Assembly (NCBI GenBank): GCA_022650485.1
Contig: JALCPP010000002.1
Span: forward strand, 248,007 to 280,006
Length of the DNA: 32,000 bases
Direction: 5' to 3'
DNA from: Oscillospiraceae bacterium
GTDB taxonomy: Bacteria; Bacillota; Clostridia; Oscillospirales; Acutalibacteraceae
This document shows positions 8,140 to 17,213 of the stretch, piece after piece. The translations under genes and the position numbers were made by a program. Below the pieces are notes generated by a model. It was not told where the DNA came from. It ran no database searches and saw only the letters and a program-made list of their open reading frames with translations. Within the stretch, counting starts at the first letter, position 1, and every line of letters starts with the position of its first letter.

Positions 8140-9564
8140 ATGGAGCAATTTTATGATGTGATTGTTGTGGGCGCGGGTCCTGCGGGGATTTTTACCGCGC
8201 TGGAGCTTGACCGGCTGGCTCCGGAAAAAAGCATTCTGGTGGTGGATTCCGGCAGCGCGCTGGAGCGCCGTTCCTGTCCGGCACGCACGGGCGGGCGGTG
8301 TGCCCACTGTGCCACCTGCAGCATTATGAACGGCTGGGCGGGCGCGGGTGCGTTTTCCGACGGCAAGCTTTCCCTTTCTGAAGAGGTCGGCGGCAATATC
8401 ACCGACTATATGACCACGGAACAGGCGAAACAGCTGATTCATTATGCGGACGGAATCTATCTGCACTACGGCGCACCGGAGCAGGTGTATGGCCTAAACG
8501 ATAAATTCGCGGACCAAATTGCCTATGATGCGCGTCGGGAGAACATTCGGCTGATTCCCTGCCCCGTCAGGCACATGGGAACGGAGTATTCCTATAAAGT
8601 GCTGCTGGCCATGTACCGCTATTTATGCTCGCGCCCCAATTTTGAGTTTCGGGAGCGTACCGTCGCAGAATCCGTTTTCGTCGAAAACGGAAAGGTGGCG
8701 GGGGTTCGCCTTTCCGGCCTGGACGGAGGCCAGTTGGTGCGGGGGCACCATGTGGTGCTTGCCCCGGGCCGCGGCGGTGCGGGGTGGCTTTCCCGCGTCG
8801 CACGGGAAACGGGACTCAGCATTACGAACAACGAAGTGGATATCGGGGTTCGGGTCGAGGTGCCGAATGCGGTGATGGACCCGTTGACCCGGCATCTTTA
8901 CGAGGCAAAGCTGGTTTATTATTCAGATACGTTTGAAAATCGGGTGCGTACTTTTTGCATGAATCCGGGCGGGATTGTCAGCGAAGAGCATTACGACCTG
9001 GGCTCCGGCATTGCCGTCGTCAATGGGCATTCCTATGCGAATGAGGAACGCCACACGGAAAATACGAATTTTGCCCTGCTGGTTTCCACCAAGTTTACAG
9101 AGCCGTTTCGGCAGCCGATTGAGTACGGGCGGTACATTGCGCAGCTTGGCAATATGCTGACCGGCGGCGGCATTATGGTGCAGCGCCTTGGTGATTTGCT
9201 GCTGGGGCGGCGGACCGATGCGTCAAGACTTGCCCGGTCAACCACTGTTCCCACGCTGAAAAGTGCGGTTCCCGGGGATTTGTCGTTTGTGCTTCCGCAC
9301 CGGCACCTGACCAGTATTGTCGAGTCACTGCGTGCGTTCGACAAGCTGGCGCCAGGGCTTTATTCCAAAAATACGCTTCTTTACGGCGTAGAGGTGAAAT
9401 TCTATTCCTCGAAGGTGGCCGTTCAACCGAATTTTGAAACAGCGGTGGAAAATCTTTACGCGATTGGCGATGGGGCGGGTATCACGCGCGGGTTGATGCA
9501 ATCCTCCGTCACCGGCGTGGTGGTTGCGAGAGATATTGCGGGGAAAACGGATTCCTGCGGCTAA
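8140..9564 (+). CDS. FAD/NAD(P)-binding oxidoreductase of the uncharacterised COG2509 type (474 aa)
   Basis: N-terminal dinucleotide-binding motif DVIVVGAGPAGIF and C-terminal GDGAG. A Cys cluster C-x9-C-x2-C-x2-C (SCPARTGGRCAHCATC) is present. The ATG starts 1 nt after the yaiI stop. Confidence 0.8.
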   Translation: MEQFYDVIVVGAGPAGIFTALELDRLAPEKSILVVDSGSALERRSCPARTGGRCAHCATCSIMNGWAGAGAFSDGKLSLSEEVGGNITDYMTTEQAKQLIHYADGIYLHYGAPEQVYGLNDKFADQIAYDARRENIRLIPCPVRHMGTEYSYKVLLAMYRYLCSRPNFEFRERTVAESVFVENGKVAGVRLSGLDGGQLVRGHHVVLAPGRGGAGWLSRVARETGLSITNNEVDIGVRVEVPNAVMDPLTRHLYEAKLVYYSDTFENRVRTFCMNPGGIVSEEHYDLGSGIAVVNGHSYANEERHTENTNFALLVSTKFTEPFRQPIEYGRYIAQLGNMLTGGGIMVQRLGDLLLGRRTDASRLARSTTVPTLKSAVPGDLSFVLPHRHLTSIVESLRAFDKLAPGLYSKNTLLYGVEVKFYSSKVAVQPNFETAVENLYAIGDGAGITRGLMQSSVTGVVVARDIAGKTDSCG

Positions 9565-9579
9565 TCCACAATTTTCTGT

Positions 9580-9619
9580 AAAAAACAAAGACCTCTGCGG
9601 GTTCGCAGAGGTCTTTTTC
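9580..9619. terminator. Bidirectional rho-independent terminator
   Basis: Perfect 13-bp stem AAAGACCTCTGCG / CGCAGAGGTCTTT with loop GGTT, flanked by an A-run (9580-9585) and a T-run (9614-9618). It sits between convergent genes. Confidence 0.85.
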
Positions 9620-9629
9620 ATGTGATCTT

Positions 9630-10325
9630 TTATGCCATGGCGGTTTGCAGATGTTCAATCGTGCTTCCAATCACGTTTGAGATCAGACGGTGGCCTTCCT
9701 CATTTGGGTGAATGCCGTCTTCGCACAGCAGGCTTTGGTACTGATGTGTTTCTAAAAATGCACTGCTGATGTCGATGAGAGGTACTTGGCATTCCCTGGC
9801 AACCTGGCAGACGGCCAGATTGTACCGTTCGTGCCAACGGTAAATGTGGTCGATGTCTCCCAGCCAGTTCAGAATTGCGCGCGGGTTCAGTCCCTTTGAA
9901 ATCCATGCGAAATATCGCTTTGCATCAATCGGCGGCAGGGTGAGAAGAACCGGGTGGCTTCCGCATTGTTTGATGCGCGCAATTAATTCTTCATATTTTT
10001 GCTCAAACACATAAACCGGGGTTTTCGGGTTGTGGTTTTGTTCCGGTTCAGACGAAACCTCTGCCCAGTTATAGTCGCAGTCGTTTCCGCCGAATTCCAG
10101 GACGGTGTAATCGTAGCCGGAAAGCTCATTTTGATGCCGGCACAGCATTTCCATCCCTTTGGTAATGGTGCATCCGAATTTAGAATAATTTTTGATGATG
10201 ACCGGGAAACTGCTCTTGATCAGATTGGCAAAGCAGTCCCGCAGCAGGGTGTATTTTTTCAGTACACTGTCGAAAACCACGCCTTTCGACACGGAATCGC
10301 CAAAAACGCAAACAGACAAATTCAT
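9630..10325 (-). CDS. SGNH/GDSL-family hydrolase (231 aa)
   Basis: Block I is VCVFGDSVSKG (catalytic Ser), block III is GGND, and block V is DGIHPN (Asp/His). SD is AGGAAAGAGGAAG. Confidence 0.8.
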   Translation of the reverse strand: MNLSVCVFGDSVSKGVVFDSVLKKYTLLRDCFANLIKSSFPVIIKNYSKFGCTITKGMEMLCRHQNELSGYDYTVLEFGGNDCDYNWAEVSSEPEQNHNPKTPVYVFEQKYEELIARIKQCGSHPVLLTLPPIDAKRYFAWISKGLNPRAILNWLGDIDHIYRWHERYNLAVCQVARECQVPLIDISSAFLETHQYQSLLCEDGIHPNEEGHRLISNVIGSTIEHLQTAMA

Positions 10326-10542
10326 ATCAGCTTCCTCTTTCCTGCTACTTATAAAAATCGTATTATCTGCTTATAAAAACTATATCGCTCTGGGCATCAT
10401 AAGTCAATAGTTTTTGCCTAAAACTCAAAAAAATCATTCTGCTTTTTGCTGGTGGCGAAGTGCGTGCACGGGGAATTTTATGCTTGTGCGCATAGCCCGT
10501 TAAAAAAATCGAATCATAGAGCAGAAGGACGGTGAAATCACG

Positions 10543-11490
10543 ATGGTGAATGTAAGAAAATGCGCGATGATCGGGTGCGGATTTGTCGGTGCGGCCTCGG
10601 CGTTCAGCCTGATGCAAAGCGGTTTGTTTTCAGACATGGTTCTGATTGACGCCAACCACGACAAGGCGGAGGGCGAAGCGATGGATTTAAGCCATGGCGC
10701 CCCGTTTGCCCGGCCCATAGAGATCACGGCGGGAAGCTACGACGATATTGCGGACTGCGGGCTGATTGTCGTGACTGCGGGGGCAAACCAGAAGCCAGGG
10801 GAAACACGGCTGGATCTGGTTCATAAAAATGTTGGCATTTTTAAACAGATTATTCCTGAAATCAGCAAGAGAAAGTTCGAAGGAATTCTGCTGATTGTTT
10901 CCAATCCGGTGGATATTCTGACCTACACAGCGTTAAAGCTTTCCGGATTTCCGCCCGACCGCGTCATTGGTTCCGGCACGGTGCTGGATACCGCCAGACT
11001 GAAATATCTTCTTGGGCGGCATCTGGGCGTTGACAGCCGCAGTGTGCATGCTTACATCATCGGCGAGCACGGGGACAGTGAACTTGCTGTTTGGAGCAGT
11101 GCGAACGTTTCCGGTGTGGAACTGAATCGTTTTTGCGAACAGGACGGGCATCACAATCATAAACAGAATATGCAAAAGCTGTATGAAGATGTAAAAAATA
11201 GCGCGTATGAAATTATTCAGAAAAAAGGTGCGACCTACTACGGGATTGCGATGTCGGTGCGGCGGATTGCGGAGTGTATCATGCGCGACGAGCGCTCGAT
11301 TCTGCCGGTTTCCAGCCTGATCGGCGGGCATTATGGGCTGAATGGCATCTGCATGGGTGTTCCCACCATTGTGGGCAGCGACGGTGTGGAGCGGGTGGTG
11401 GATATCGGCCTTTCCGGCGACGAGCAGCTCAAGCTGATGCACTCTGCGCAGGAATTGCAAAAAGTGCTGGCCGGCATTGATTTATCGTGA
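10543..11490 (+). CDS. ldh: L-lactate dehydrogenase (315 aa)
   Basis: The NAD-binding IGCGFVGAASAF, LIDAN..KAEGEAMDL, VVTAGANQKPGETRLDL, substrate/catalytic IGEHGDS and SNPVDIL are all canonical L-LDH blocks. Confidence 0.95.
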   Translation: MVNVRKCAMIGCGFVGAASAFSLMQSGLFSDMVLIDANHDKAEGEAMDLSHGAPFARPIEITAGSYDDIADCGLIVVTAGANQKPGETRLDLVHKNVGIFKQIIPEISKRKFEGILLIVSNPVDILTYTALKLSGFPPDRVIGSGTVLDTARLKYLLGRHLGVDSRSVHAYIIGEHGDSELAVWSSANVSGVELNRFCEQDGHHNHKQNMQKLYEDVKNSAYEIIQKKGATYYGIAMSVRRIAECIMRDERSILPVSSLIGGHYGLNGICMGVPTIVGSDGVERVVDIGLSGDEQLKLMHSAQELQKVLAGIDLS

Positions 11491-11531
11491 AATTTTGCAG
11501 GTTTGGCATTGATTTTATCCGGTGGGGAAAA

Positions 11532-11569
11532 CAGCGGATGACCGGCCGGTTTCAGCCGGTGATTCGCTG
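11532..11569 (+). other. GC-rich stem-loop downstream of ldh (possible weak terminator)
   Basis: CAGCG-GATG-ACCGGC-CGGTTTCA-GCCGGT-GATT-CGCTG gives 5+6 bp of pairing. No U-tract follows, so terminator function is uncertain. Confidence 0.3.
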
Positions 11570-11704
11570 CCAGAACCGGTGAAATTAGATACATAAGCAA
11601 GAGCAGAAATTCCCGGGTTACAGGATTCCCACTGCGGCCAGGCGTGACCGGCGAAATGTCGGAAAATGTGGATGATACGGGGTGTAAAAACATTTTAATG
11701 TCCA

Positions 11705-11733
11705 TTGACAAAAGTCGCCGTCAGGAATAAACT
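11705..11733 (+). promoter_or_regulatory. Candidate sigma-A promoter for feoAB
   Basis: TTGACA (11705-11710), 17-nt spacer, TAAACT (11728-11733). Confidence 0.45.
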
Positions 11734-11739
11734 ATTAAT

Positions 11740-11759
11740 GTTAGTTAAGACTAACTTTC
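11740..11759. promoter_or_regulatory. Inverted repeat GTTAGT-N4-ACTAAC, candidate metal-regulator operator
   Basis: The dyad lies directly downstream of the putative -10. TTAGTTAAGACTAACTTTC matches 13/19 positions of the DtxR/IdeR consensus TTAGGTTAGCCTAACCTAA as I recall it. No convincing Fur box was seen. Confidence 0.3.
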
Positions 11760-11804
11760 CCCTGGGTAAAGGGGAAATTGGTTTATTTGAATAGGGGGAA
11801 AGAC

Positions 11805-12083
11805 ATGACGCTTGACCAGCTGCAAATTGGAAAAAGTTCCAGAATTCTGAAGGTCAGTGGGGAGGGTGCCCTGCGCCGCCGCTTACTGGATATGGGACTG
11901 ACTCCGCACACAACGGTAATGGTTCGTAAAATGGCGCCGATGGGCGACCCGATTGAGATCCATCTGCGCGGATATGAGCTGACCCTTCGGATTGATGATG
12001 CAAAGAAGATTGAGATTGAAGACCCCGGGAACTTTCAGGGGCACGGGCATCAGTATCGGCATCGAGGAGGAAATATTCTGTGA
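11805..12083 (+). CDS. feoA: Ferrous iron transport protein A (92 aa)
   Basis: The SH3-like FeoA pattern is LKVSGEGALRRRLLDMGLTPHTTVMVRKMAPMGDPIEIHLRGYELTLR. I chose the ATG at 11805 with SD AGGGGGAAAG. The stop overlaps the feoB GTG start. The C-terminal tail is His/Gly-rich (GHGHQYRHRGG). Confidence 0.9.
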   Translation: MTLDQLQIGKSSRILKVSGEGALRRRLLDMGLTPHTTVMVRKMAPMGDPIEIHLRGYELTLRIDDAKKIEIEDPGNFQGHGHQYRHRGGNIL

Positions 12084-14086
12084 TTTTCGCGCTTGCGGGC
12101 AACCAGAATTGCGGTAAAACAACGCTTTTTAACCAATTGACCGGCTCCAACCAGCATGTGGGAAATTTTCCGGGGGTTACGGTGGCAAGGAAAGACGGGC
12201 AGATTCGCGGCCATAAGGATGTGACGGTCGTCGATTTGCCGGGGATATATTCCCTTTCTCCCTATTCCAATGAGGAAATCGTGACGCGTGATTTCCTGCT
12301 TGAAAACCATCCGGATGCGATTATCAATATTGTGGATGCAACCAATATTGAGCGAAATCTCTATTTGAGTATGCAGTTGATTGAACTGGATATTCCAATG
12401 GTGATTGCTCTTAATATGATGGACGAAGTGCGCTCGAACGGCGGAACCATTAAGATGAAGGAATTTCAGGAGCAGATCGGTCTTCCGGTCGTGCCGATTT
12501 CCGCCAGTAAAAATGAGGGCGTGGATGAACTGATTGACACGGTGCTTGAAATTGCCGAGGCCAGACGCCGGCCCAAACGCCAGGATTTCTGCTCCGGCGC
12601 GGTGCATCGCACCATCCATTCCATCGCGCATTTGGTGGAGGACCACGCCCAGCGAATTCATGTTCCGCCCCGTTTTGCCGCCACTAAACTGGTGGAAGGG
12701 GACAAGCCGATGATGGAAGCGCTCCGGCTTTCTGAAAATGAAAAAGACATGGTAATGCATGATGTCACGGAAATGGAGCGGGAGCTGGGAACCGACCGTG
12801 AGGCGGCGCTGACTGATATGCGCTATTCTTTCATTGAAAATCTGTGTGAGCACGCAGTGGTCAAAATGGGGGAGTCCAAAGAACATAAAAGAAGCGTCGC
12901 AATCGACCGTGTGCTGACCGGAAAGCACTTGGCCATTCCTATTTTCCTATTGATTATGATGCTGATTTTCTGGCTGACGTTCGGCGTGCTGGGCAACGCG
13001 CTGAGCAAACTGCTTTCCCTTGGAATCACGTTTGTCACGAATGCGGCGGAAGCCGGACTGACAGCGTATGGGATTAATCCGATTGTCAAATCGCTGGTGA
13101 TAGACGGTGTGTTTGCCGGGGTGGGAAGTGTGCTTCAGTTCCTGCCGGTCATCGTGGTTTTGTTTTTCTTTCTGTCTATTTTGGAAGACAGCGGATATAT
13201 GGCGCGGGTTGCGTTTGTTATGGACAAGCTCCTTCGTCGCATCGGCCTTTCTGGGCGCAGCTTTGTGCCGATGCTGATCGGCTTTGGCTGTTCCGTTCCC
13301 GCAATTTTGTCGACCCGCACGCTTTCGAGTGAGCGGGACCGTAAGATGACGATTTTGCTGACGCCTTTTATGAGCTGCAGTGCAAAACTGCCGATCTATG
13401 CGGTGTTCACCGCGGCATTTTTTCCGCATTACGCGCCGCTGGTGATGATCTTGCTGTATGTGATGGGAATTTTAATTGGAATCGCAAGCGGACTTCTGAT
13501 GAGAGAAACGGTATTTCACGGAAATCCGGTTCCGTTTGTCATGGAACTGCCGAATTATCGCTTGCCCAGTGCCAAGAGTGTTTTATTGCTTATTTGGGAC
13601 AAGGCGCGCGACTTTTTAGTGCGGGCGTTTACCGTGATCTTTGTCGCGACGATAATTATTTGGTTTTTGCAGACTTTCGACCTGAAATTCAACCCGGTGT
13701 CGTCCAGTTCCGACAGCATGCTTGCGCTGATTGGACGTGCCATTTCTCCTGTCTTTGCTCCGCTGGGGTTTGGCGACTGGCGATCATCTACCGCACTGAT
13801 TACCGGTTTTACCGCGAAAGAAGCGGTTATCAGTACGCTGGCGGTTCTGACGGGTACGGATGTCTCAGGTCTGCCGCAGGCGCTTTCGGGATTATTTACC
13901 CCGCTGACGGCGTTTACCTTTTTGACTTTCACACTGCTGTATACACCCTGTGTTGCCGCCATTAACGCGGTTCGCCAAGAAATGAACAGTGCGCGCAGTG
14001 CGGTTGGCGTTGTCCTTTACCAGTGCGCCGTGGCCTGGGCGGTGTCCTTTTTAGTCTATCAAGTCGGCCGGTTGATTGCTGGCTGA
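12080..14086 (+). CDS. feoB: Ferrous iron transporter FeoB (668 aa)
   Basis: N-terminal G-domain (GNQNCGKTTLFN, DLPG, NMMD) is followed by a polytopic membrane domain with the gate motifs typical of FeoB. Confidence 0.95.
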   Translation: MIFALAGNQNCGKTTLFNQLTGSNQHVGNFPGVTVARKDGQIRGHKDVTVVDLPGIYSLSPYSNEEIVTRDFLLENHPDAIINIVDATNIERNLYLSMQLIELDIPMVIALNMMDEVRSNGGTIKMKEFQEQIGLPVVPISASKNEGVDELIDTVLEIAEARRRPKRQDFCSGAVHRTIHSIAHLVEDHAQRIHVPPRFAATKLVEGDKPMMEALRLSENEKDMVMHDVTEMERELGTDREAALTDMRYSFIENLCEHAVVKMGESKEHKRSVAIDRVLTGKHLAIPIFLLIMMLIFWLTFGVLGNALSKLLSLGITFVTNAAEAGLTAYGINPIVKSLVIDGVFAGVGSVLQFLPVIVVLFFFLSILEDSGYMARVAFVMDKLLRRIGLSGRSFVPMLIGFGCSVPAILSTRTLSSERDRKMTILLTPFMSCSAKLPIYAVFTAAFFPHYAPLVMILLYVMGILIGIASGLLMRETVFHGNPVPFVMELPNYRLPSAKSVLLLIWDKARDFLVRAFTVIFVATIIIWFLQTFDLKFNPVSSSSDSMLALIGRAISPVFAPLGFGDWRSSTALITGFTAKEAVISTLAVLTGTDVSGLPQALSGLFTPLTAFTFLTFTLLYTPCVAAINAVRQEMNSARSAVGVVLYQCAVAWAVSFLVYQVGRLIAG

Positions 14087-14105
14087 TGAAAGGGGGAACA
14101 TTCCT

Positions 14106-14258
14106 GTGGGACCAATCGATGTTATGATTCTATTGATTGTGGCGCTGCTTTTCTTTTTCGCCGCGCGTTATGCCTGGCGTCACAGACATCATTCGTGCGG
14201 CGGGGATTGTTCCGCGTGTCCATATCATCAAAAATGTGGCAAAAAAGAGAAAAAGTGA
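14106..14258 (+). CDS. FeoB-associated Cys-rich membrane peptide (about 45-50 aa)
   Basis: A single TM (MILLIVALLFFFAA) is followed by HHSCGGDCSACPYHQKCG. Position directly after feoB matches the small FeoB-associated Cys-rich family common in Firmicutes. The start is ambiguous: GTG 14106 after SD AAAGGGGGA, or ATG 14124. Confidence 0.65.
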   Translation: MGPIDVMILLIVALLFFFAARYAWRHRHHSCGGDCSACPYHQKCGKKEKK

Positions 14259-14260
14259 AG

Positions 14261-14299
14261 AATGGACCCCGGTACATCATCATGTGCCGGGGTCCATTT
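14261..14299. terminator. Long hairpin between convergent operons (bidirectional terminator candidate)
   Basis: AATGGACCCCGG...CCGGGGTCCATT is a 12-bp perfect outer stem with extra inner pairing. It is followed by TTTG on the plus strand, and a T-run lies a few nt beyond it on the minus strand. Confidence 0.6.
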
Positions 14300-14341
14300 G
14301 CACGCTGTGGTGCCATCTTTTCCGGACTGTTGATAAAAACA

Positions 14342-15106
14342 TCAGGATTCGTTAAAACGGGCTAAAAAGCTCTTGGTGCGTTCACTTTGTGTGTTGCCGA
14401 ACACCTGCGCCGGCGTACCCTGTTCCACAATGGTTCCATCCGCCATAAACACGACTTTATCGGCTACATCGCGTGCAAAAGCCATTTCATGCGTGACGAC
14501 GACCATCGTCATATGCTCGGCGGCAAGTTCGCGGATGACTTTTAGAATTTCGCCCGTCAGCTCCGGGTCCAGCGCGCTGGTCGGCTCGTCGAAAAACAGA
14601 AGTTCCGGGTTCATGGCGAGCGCTCTCGCAATGGAAACACGCTGCTGCTGACCGCCGGAAAGCTGGCAGGGGTAAGCGTCTTCTTTATCGGAAAGCTCCA
14701 TCTTTTTCAGTAATTTTCTGGCGTGGGTTTCAGCCTCCGCCTTTTTTTGCCCCAGAACGTGAACGGGAGCTTCTGTAATGTTCCGCAGAACGCTGAAATG
14801 CGGAAACAGATTGAAGTTTTGAAAAACAAGCCCGATTTGCAGGGCAATGCGGTTGCGGGCTGCCCGGTCGGCGTAAACGGCAGAGCGGCTTGTGCCGCTT
14901 TTGACAAGGGGCTCCCCGCAGATAGTGATTTCTCCCCGGTCGATGGTTTCCAGTTGAGTGATGCACCGCAGCAGGGTGCTTTTCCCGGAGCCGGAAGGGC
15001 CGATAATCGTGAGGACTTCGCCCTGTTCCACATCAAGGGAAATCCCCTTCAGTACTTCGGTGCCGTCAAAGTTTTTATAAACGTTGCGAGCGGTCAGAAT
15101 TGCCAT
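14342..15106 (-). CDS. Polar amino-acid ABC transporter ATP-binding protein (254 aa)
   Basis: Walker A GPSGSGKST, signature LSGGQQQRV, Walker B LLFFDEPTSALD, H-loop VTHEM. The GlnQ/HisP-like size and C-terminal FL..F motif fit. SD is AGGGGGAAG. Confidence 0.95.
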   Translation of the reverse strand: MAILTARNVYKNFDGTEVLKGISLDVEQGEVLTIIGPSGSGKSTLLRCITQLETIDRGEITICGEPLVKSGTSRSAVYADRAARNRIALQIGLVFQNFNLFPHFSVLRNITEAPVHVLGQKKAEAETHARKLLKKMELSDKEDAYPCQLSGGQQQRVSIARALAMNPELLFFDEPTSALDPELTGEILKVIRELAAEHMTMVVVTHEMAFARDVADKVVFMADGTIVEQGTPAQVFGNTQSERTKSFLARFNES

Positions 15107-15117
15107 AGGACTTCCCC

Positions 15118-15777
15118 CTAACGATAATAATTCAGGCGCTTTTCCGCCACGGTGAAGCAGCGGGTGACGACGGCGTTCATCGCCAGATAGAACACGGCGG
15201 CGATGGCGAACGGCGCCATGCTCACGGCGGAAGAGACCCAGTCCGACGTGACCCGCAGCAGCTCAGTCACACCGATGACCTGCGCCAGCGAGGTGTCTTT
15301 TACCAGATTAATCACTTCGTTGCTCATGGGCGGCAAAATCATTTTGCAGACCTGCGGCAGTACAATGCGGAAAAATGTTTGCTGTCTGGTAAAGCCCAGA
15401 ACCCGGGCTGCCTCATACTGGCCCTGCGGTACCGCGTCAATCCCGCCGCGAAAAATTTCGGCAAAATACGCCGCGTAGTTCAGCACAAATGCGACTTGGG
15501 CCGCAAGGACCCGGTCCAGCTGGATTCCGGTCAGCGGCTTCAGACCGTAGAAGATAAACAGAAGCTGAAGCATCAGCGGTGTGCCGCGCATGAACAGAAT
15601 ATAAAGCCGAACGGGCAGCTGAATGAATTTTACCTTTGTCCGGCGGCCCGCCGCTGCAAGCAGCCCCAGCGGAACGGAAAACAATAGGGTAACAAAGAAA
15701 ATACGCAGGGACATCAGAGAGGCTTCCAGCATTTGTGAAAGCAGCACGGAGTAATTCATCAGGGAGCAGTCCTCCAT
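15118..15777 (-). CDS. Polar amino-acid ABC transporter permease (His/Glu/Gln/Arg/opine family)
   Basis: EAA-loop region EAARVLGFTRQQTFFRIVLPQ and the N-terminal F.GTPL.LQL.F block are present. The start is either ATG 15777 or ATG 15759 (Met7, preceded by GGAGG). Confidence 0.9.
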   Translation of the reverse strand: MEDCSLMNYSVLLSQMLEASLMSLRIFFVTLLFSVPLGLLAAAGRRTKVKFIQLPVRLYILFMRGTPLMLQLLFIFYGLKPLTGIQLDRVLAAQVAFVLNYAAYFAEIFRGGIDAVPQGQYEAARVLGFTRQQTFFRIVLPQVCKMILPPMSNEVINLVKDTSLAQVIGVTELLRVTSDWVSSAVSMAPFAIAAVFYLAMNAVVTRCFTVAEKRLNYYR

Positions 15778-15822
15778 TATTTTTTCAAAAAAGAAATGGA
15801 TTTATCATTAGAGTTTGAGTCC

Positions 15823-16692
15823 TTATTTTCCGATGGTGGTTACATCGGCCTGAAACCATTTTTGGGAGATATCCGCAATGGCTCCGTCTTTTGTCAGGCC
15901 CTGCAGGGCGCCGTCTATTTTTTCCTTCAGGGCAAGGTCAGATTGGCGGAAGGCAATTACGTAGTCTTCGGTTGCCAGAGACACGTCTTTTCCATCCTTA
16001 TCCTGAAGGATAGCATAGGCTCCCGGTTCCTTCGTCAGGTAGTAGCGCGCCACAACTTCGTCAATGGCAATCGCGTCAATGGTGCCGTTTTGAATTTCCA
16101 GTACCGCTTTGCTGTAATCGTCAATCTTTACAACGCTTTTCAGCGAGTTTGTAAAATCCGGATTGTCTTTTAAGGCTGTTTCGGCGCTGGAATCCGCTTG
16201 TACGCCTACGGTTTTGCCCTGCAGACTTTCAAGACCCTTATAGTTCGAATCGGTTTTCACCAGAATAATCTGGTCGTTTTTCATGTAGGGAATGCTCAGT
16301 GCAAAGTCCTGTTCGCGTTTCGGTGTTTTGGAAAAACCGTTCCACAGGCAGTCCACATTGCCGTTGTTCAGTTCGGCTGTTTTATTGTCCCAGTTAATCG
16401 GCTGAAGGACCAGCTCAATCCCAAGCTTTTTGCAGGCTGCTGTCGCAAGGTCAATGTCGAAACCGACCAGATCGCCGGTCTGGGTGTCGACGTAGCCCAT
16501 GGGCGGGAATGCCTTGTCAAGGCCCAGCACCAGTTTGCCGGAGGATTTTACTTTATCCCAGGAAGTATCCGAAGTGCTTTGGGCAGAACCGTCTGCTGAA
16601 TCAGAGGAAGATGCAGGCTGTGGGGCGGCGGAACAACCTGCGAGTGCGAAGGTGAGCGCGGCGGTTAACAACAATCCTAAAACTTTTTTCAT
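15823..16692 (-). CDS. Amino-acid ABC transporter substrate-binding lipoprotein
   Basis: Signal peptide with lipobox LAGCSA, a Ser/Asp-rich linker, then a type-3 periplasmic-binding fold pattern (GFDIDLA...NGNVDCLWNGFS). I chose ATG 16692 (SD GAAGGGTGA, 6-nt spacing) rather than the track GTG at 16701. Confidence 0.9.
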   Translation of the reverse strand: MKKVLGLLLTAALTFALAGCSAAPQPASSSDSADGSAQSTSDTSWDKVKSSGKLVLGLDKAFPPMGYVDTQTGDLVGFDIDLATAACKKLGIELVLQPINWDNKTAELNNGNVDCLWNGFSKTPKREQDFALSIPYMKNDQIILVKTDSNYKGLESLQGKTVGVQADSSAETALKDNPDFTNSLKSVVKIDDYSKAVLEIQNGTIDAIAIDEVVARYYLTKEPGAYAILQDKDGKDVSLATEDYVIAFRQSDLALKEKIDGALQGLTKDGAIADISQKWFQADVTTIGK

Positions 16693-16736
16693 ATCATTCA
16701 CCCTTCAGTCATATTTACTCTTTGCAGTACAATACT

Positions 16737-16765
16737 ATATTAACGAATTAGCACGGTAAAGTAAA
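16737..16765 (-). promoter_or_regulatory. Candidate sigma-A promoter for the amino-acid ABC operon
   Basis: On the minus strand: TTTACT (16765-16760), 17-nt spacer, TAATAT (16742-16737). Confidence 0.4.
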
Positions 16766-17177
16766 GAGGAAACAGCAATTTTCCAATTGTTTTACAGAAA
16801 AAATTATTTGTCAGGTGTTTTCCGTGGGATTTATCCGTGCAAAAGAAAAGAGCCGAAAAGCGGTTGCTGTTAGGAAGAGTGTGGTATTTGCACCGTTTCC
16901 ACTGTGCAATGTGTCACAATTCTTTAAAATTAACCTGTTCAAAGTTATTTCATAGATTCTTCCTTTATTTTTCATCAAACTGTAACGCTTTATCAATATC
17001 GAACCGGTATGATAGAGCCATAGAAACAAAAAACACTGCATTACTTCCGGCGGCACAGACGGAATACCGAACCGCCGGACGGCAGACAAATTACAAGTTC
17101 CTCAAAGATGAGGATTTTCATAAACTTTTTCATAATACTTCCCCTTCTAACGGTTGCCTGGCACCAGGCAGCTCCGA

Positions 17178-17213
17178 TCACAAAGGGTCCGGTTTTCACC
17201 GGACCCTTTGTGA
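17178..17213 (-). terminator. Perfect 16-bp hairpin downstream of the 2-hydroxyacid dehydrogenase gene
   Basis: ATCACAAAGGGTCCGG / CCGGACCCTTTGTGAT with a 4-nt loop, 39 nt past the stop at 17252. No clear U-tract on either strand. A second short hairpin (TGCCTGG..CCAGGCA) lies at 17155-17172. Confidence 0.55.

Noticed and set aside
10326-10542. Rex operator upstream of ldh
   Set aside because: ldh is a classical Rex target, but no TTGTTAA/TTGTGAA-N4-TTAACAA/TTCACAA dyad is present. Only short GC palindromes (CGTGCACG, TGCGCA) of doubtful meaning were seen.
11720-11745. Fur box at the feoAB promoter
   Set aside because: The best alignment to GATAATGATAATCATTATC that I could make by eye scored about 9/19, no better than expected for AT-rich DNA.
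12050-12928. 292-aa minus-strand ORF antisense to feoB. The same type occurs at 22672..23490 (272 aa), 25340..26134 (264 aa), 26356..27357 (333 aa), 3875..4420, 7942..8466 and 10933..11460.
   Set aside because: Each lies fully inside a strongly supported gene on the opposite strand. They have no SD, show low-complexity Arg/His/Pro/Gln-rich composition typical of shadow frames in GC-rich coding DNA, and carry no recognisable motifs.
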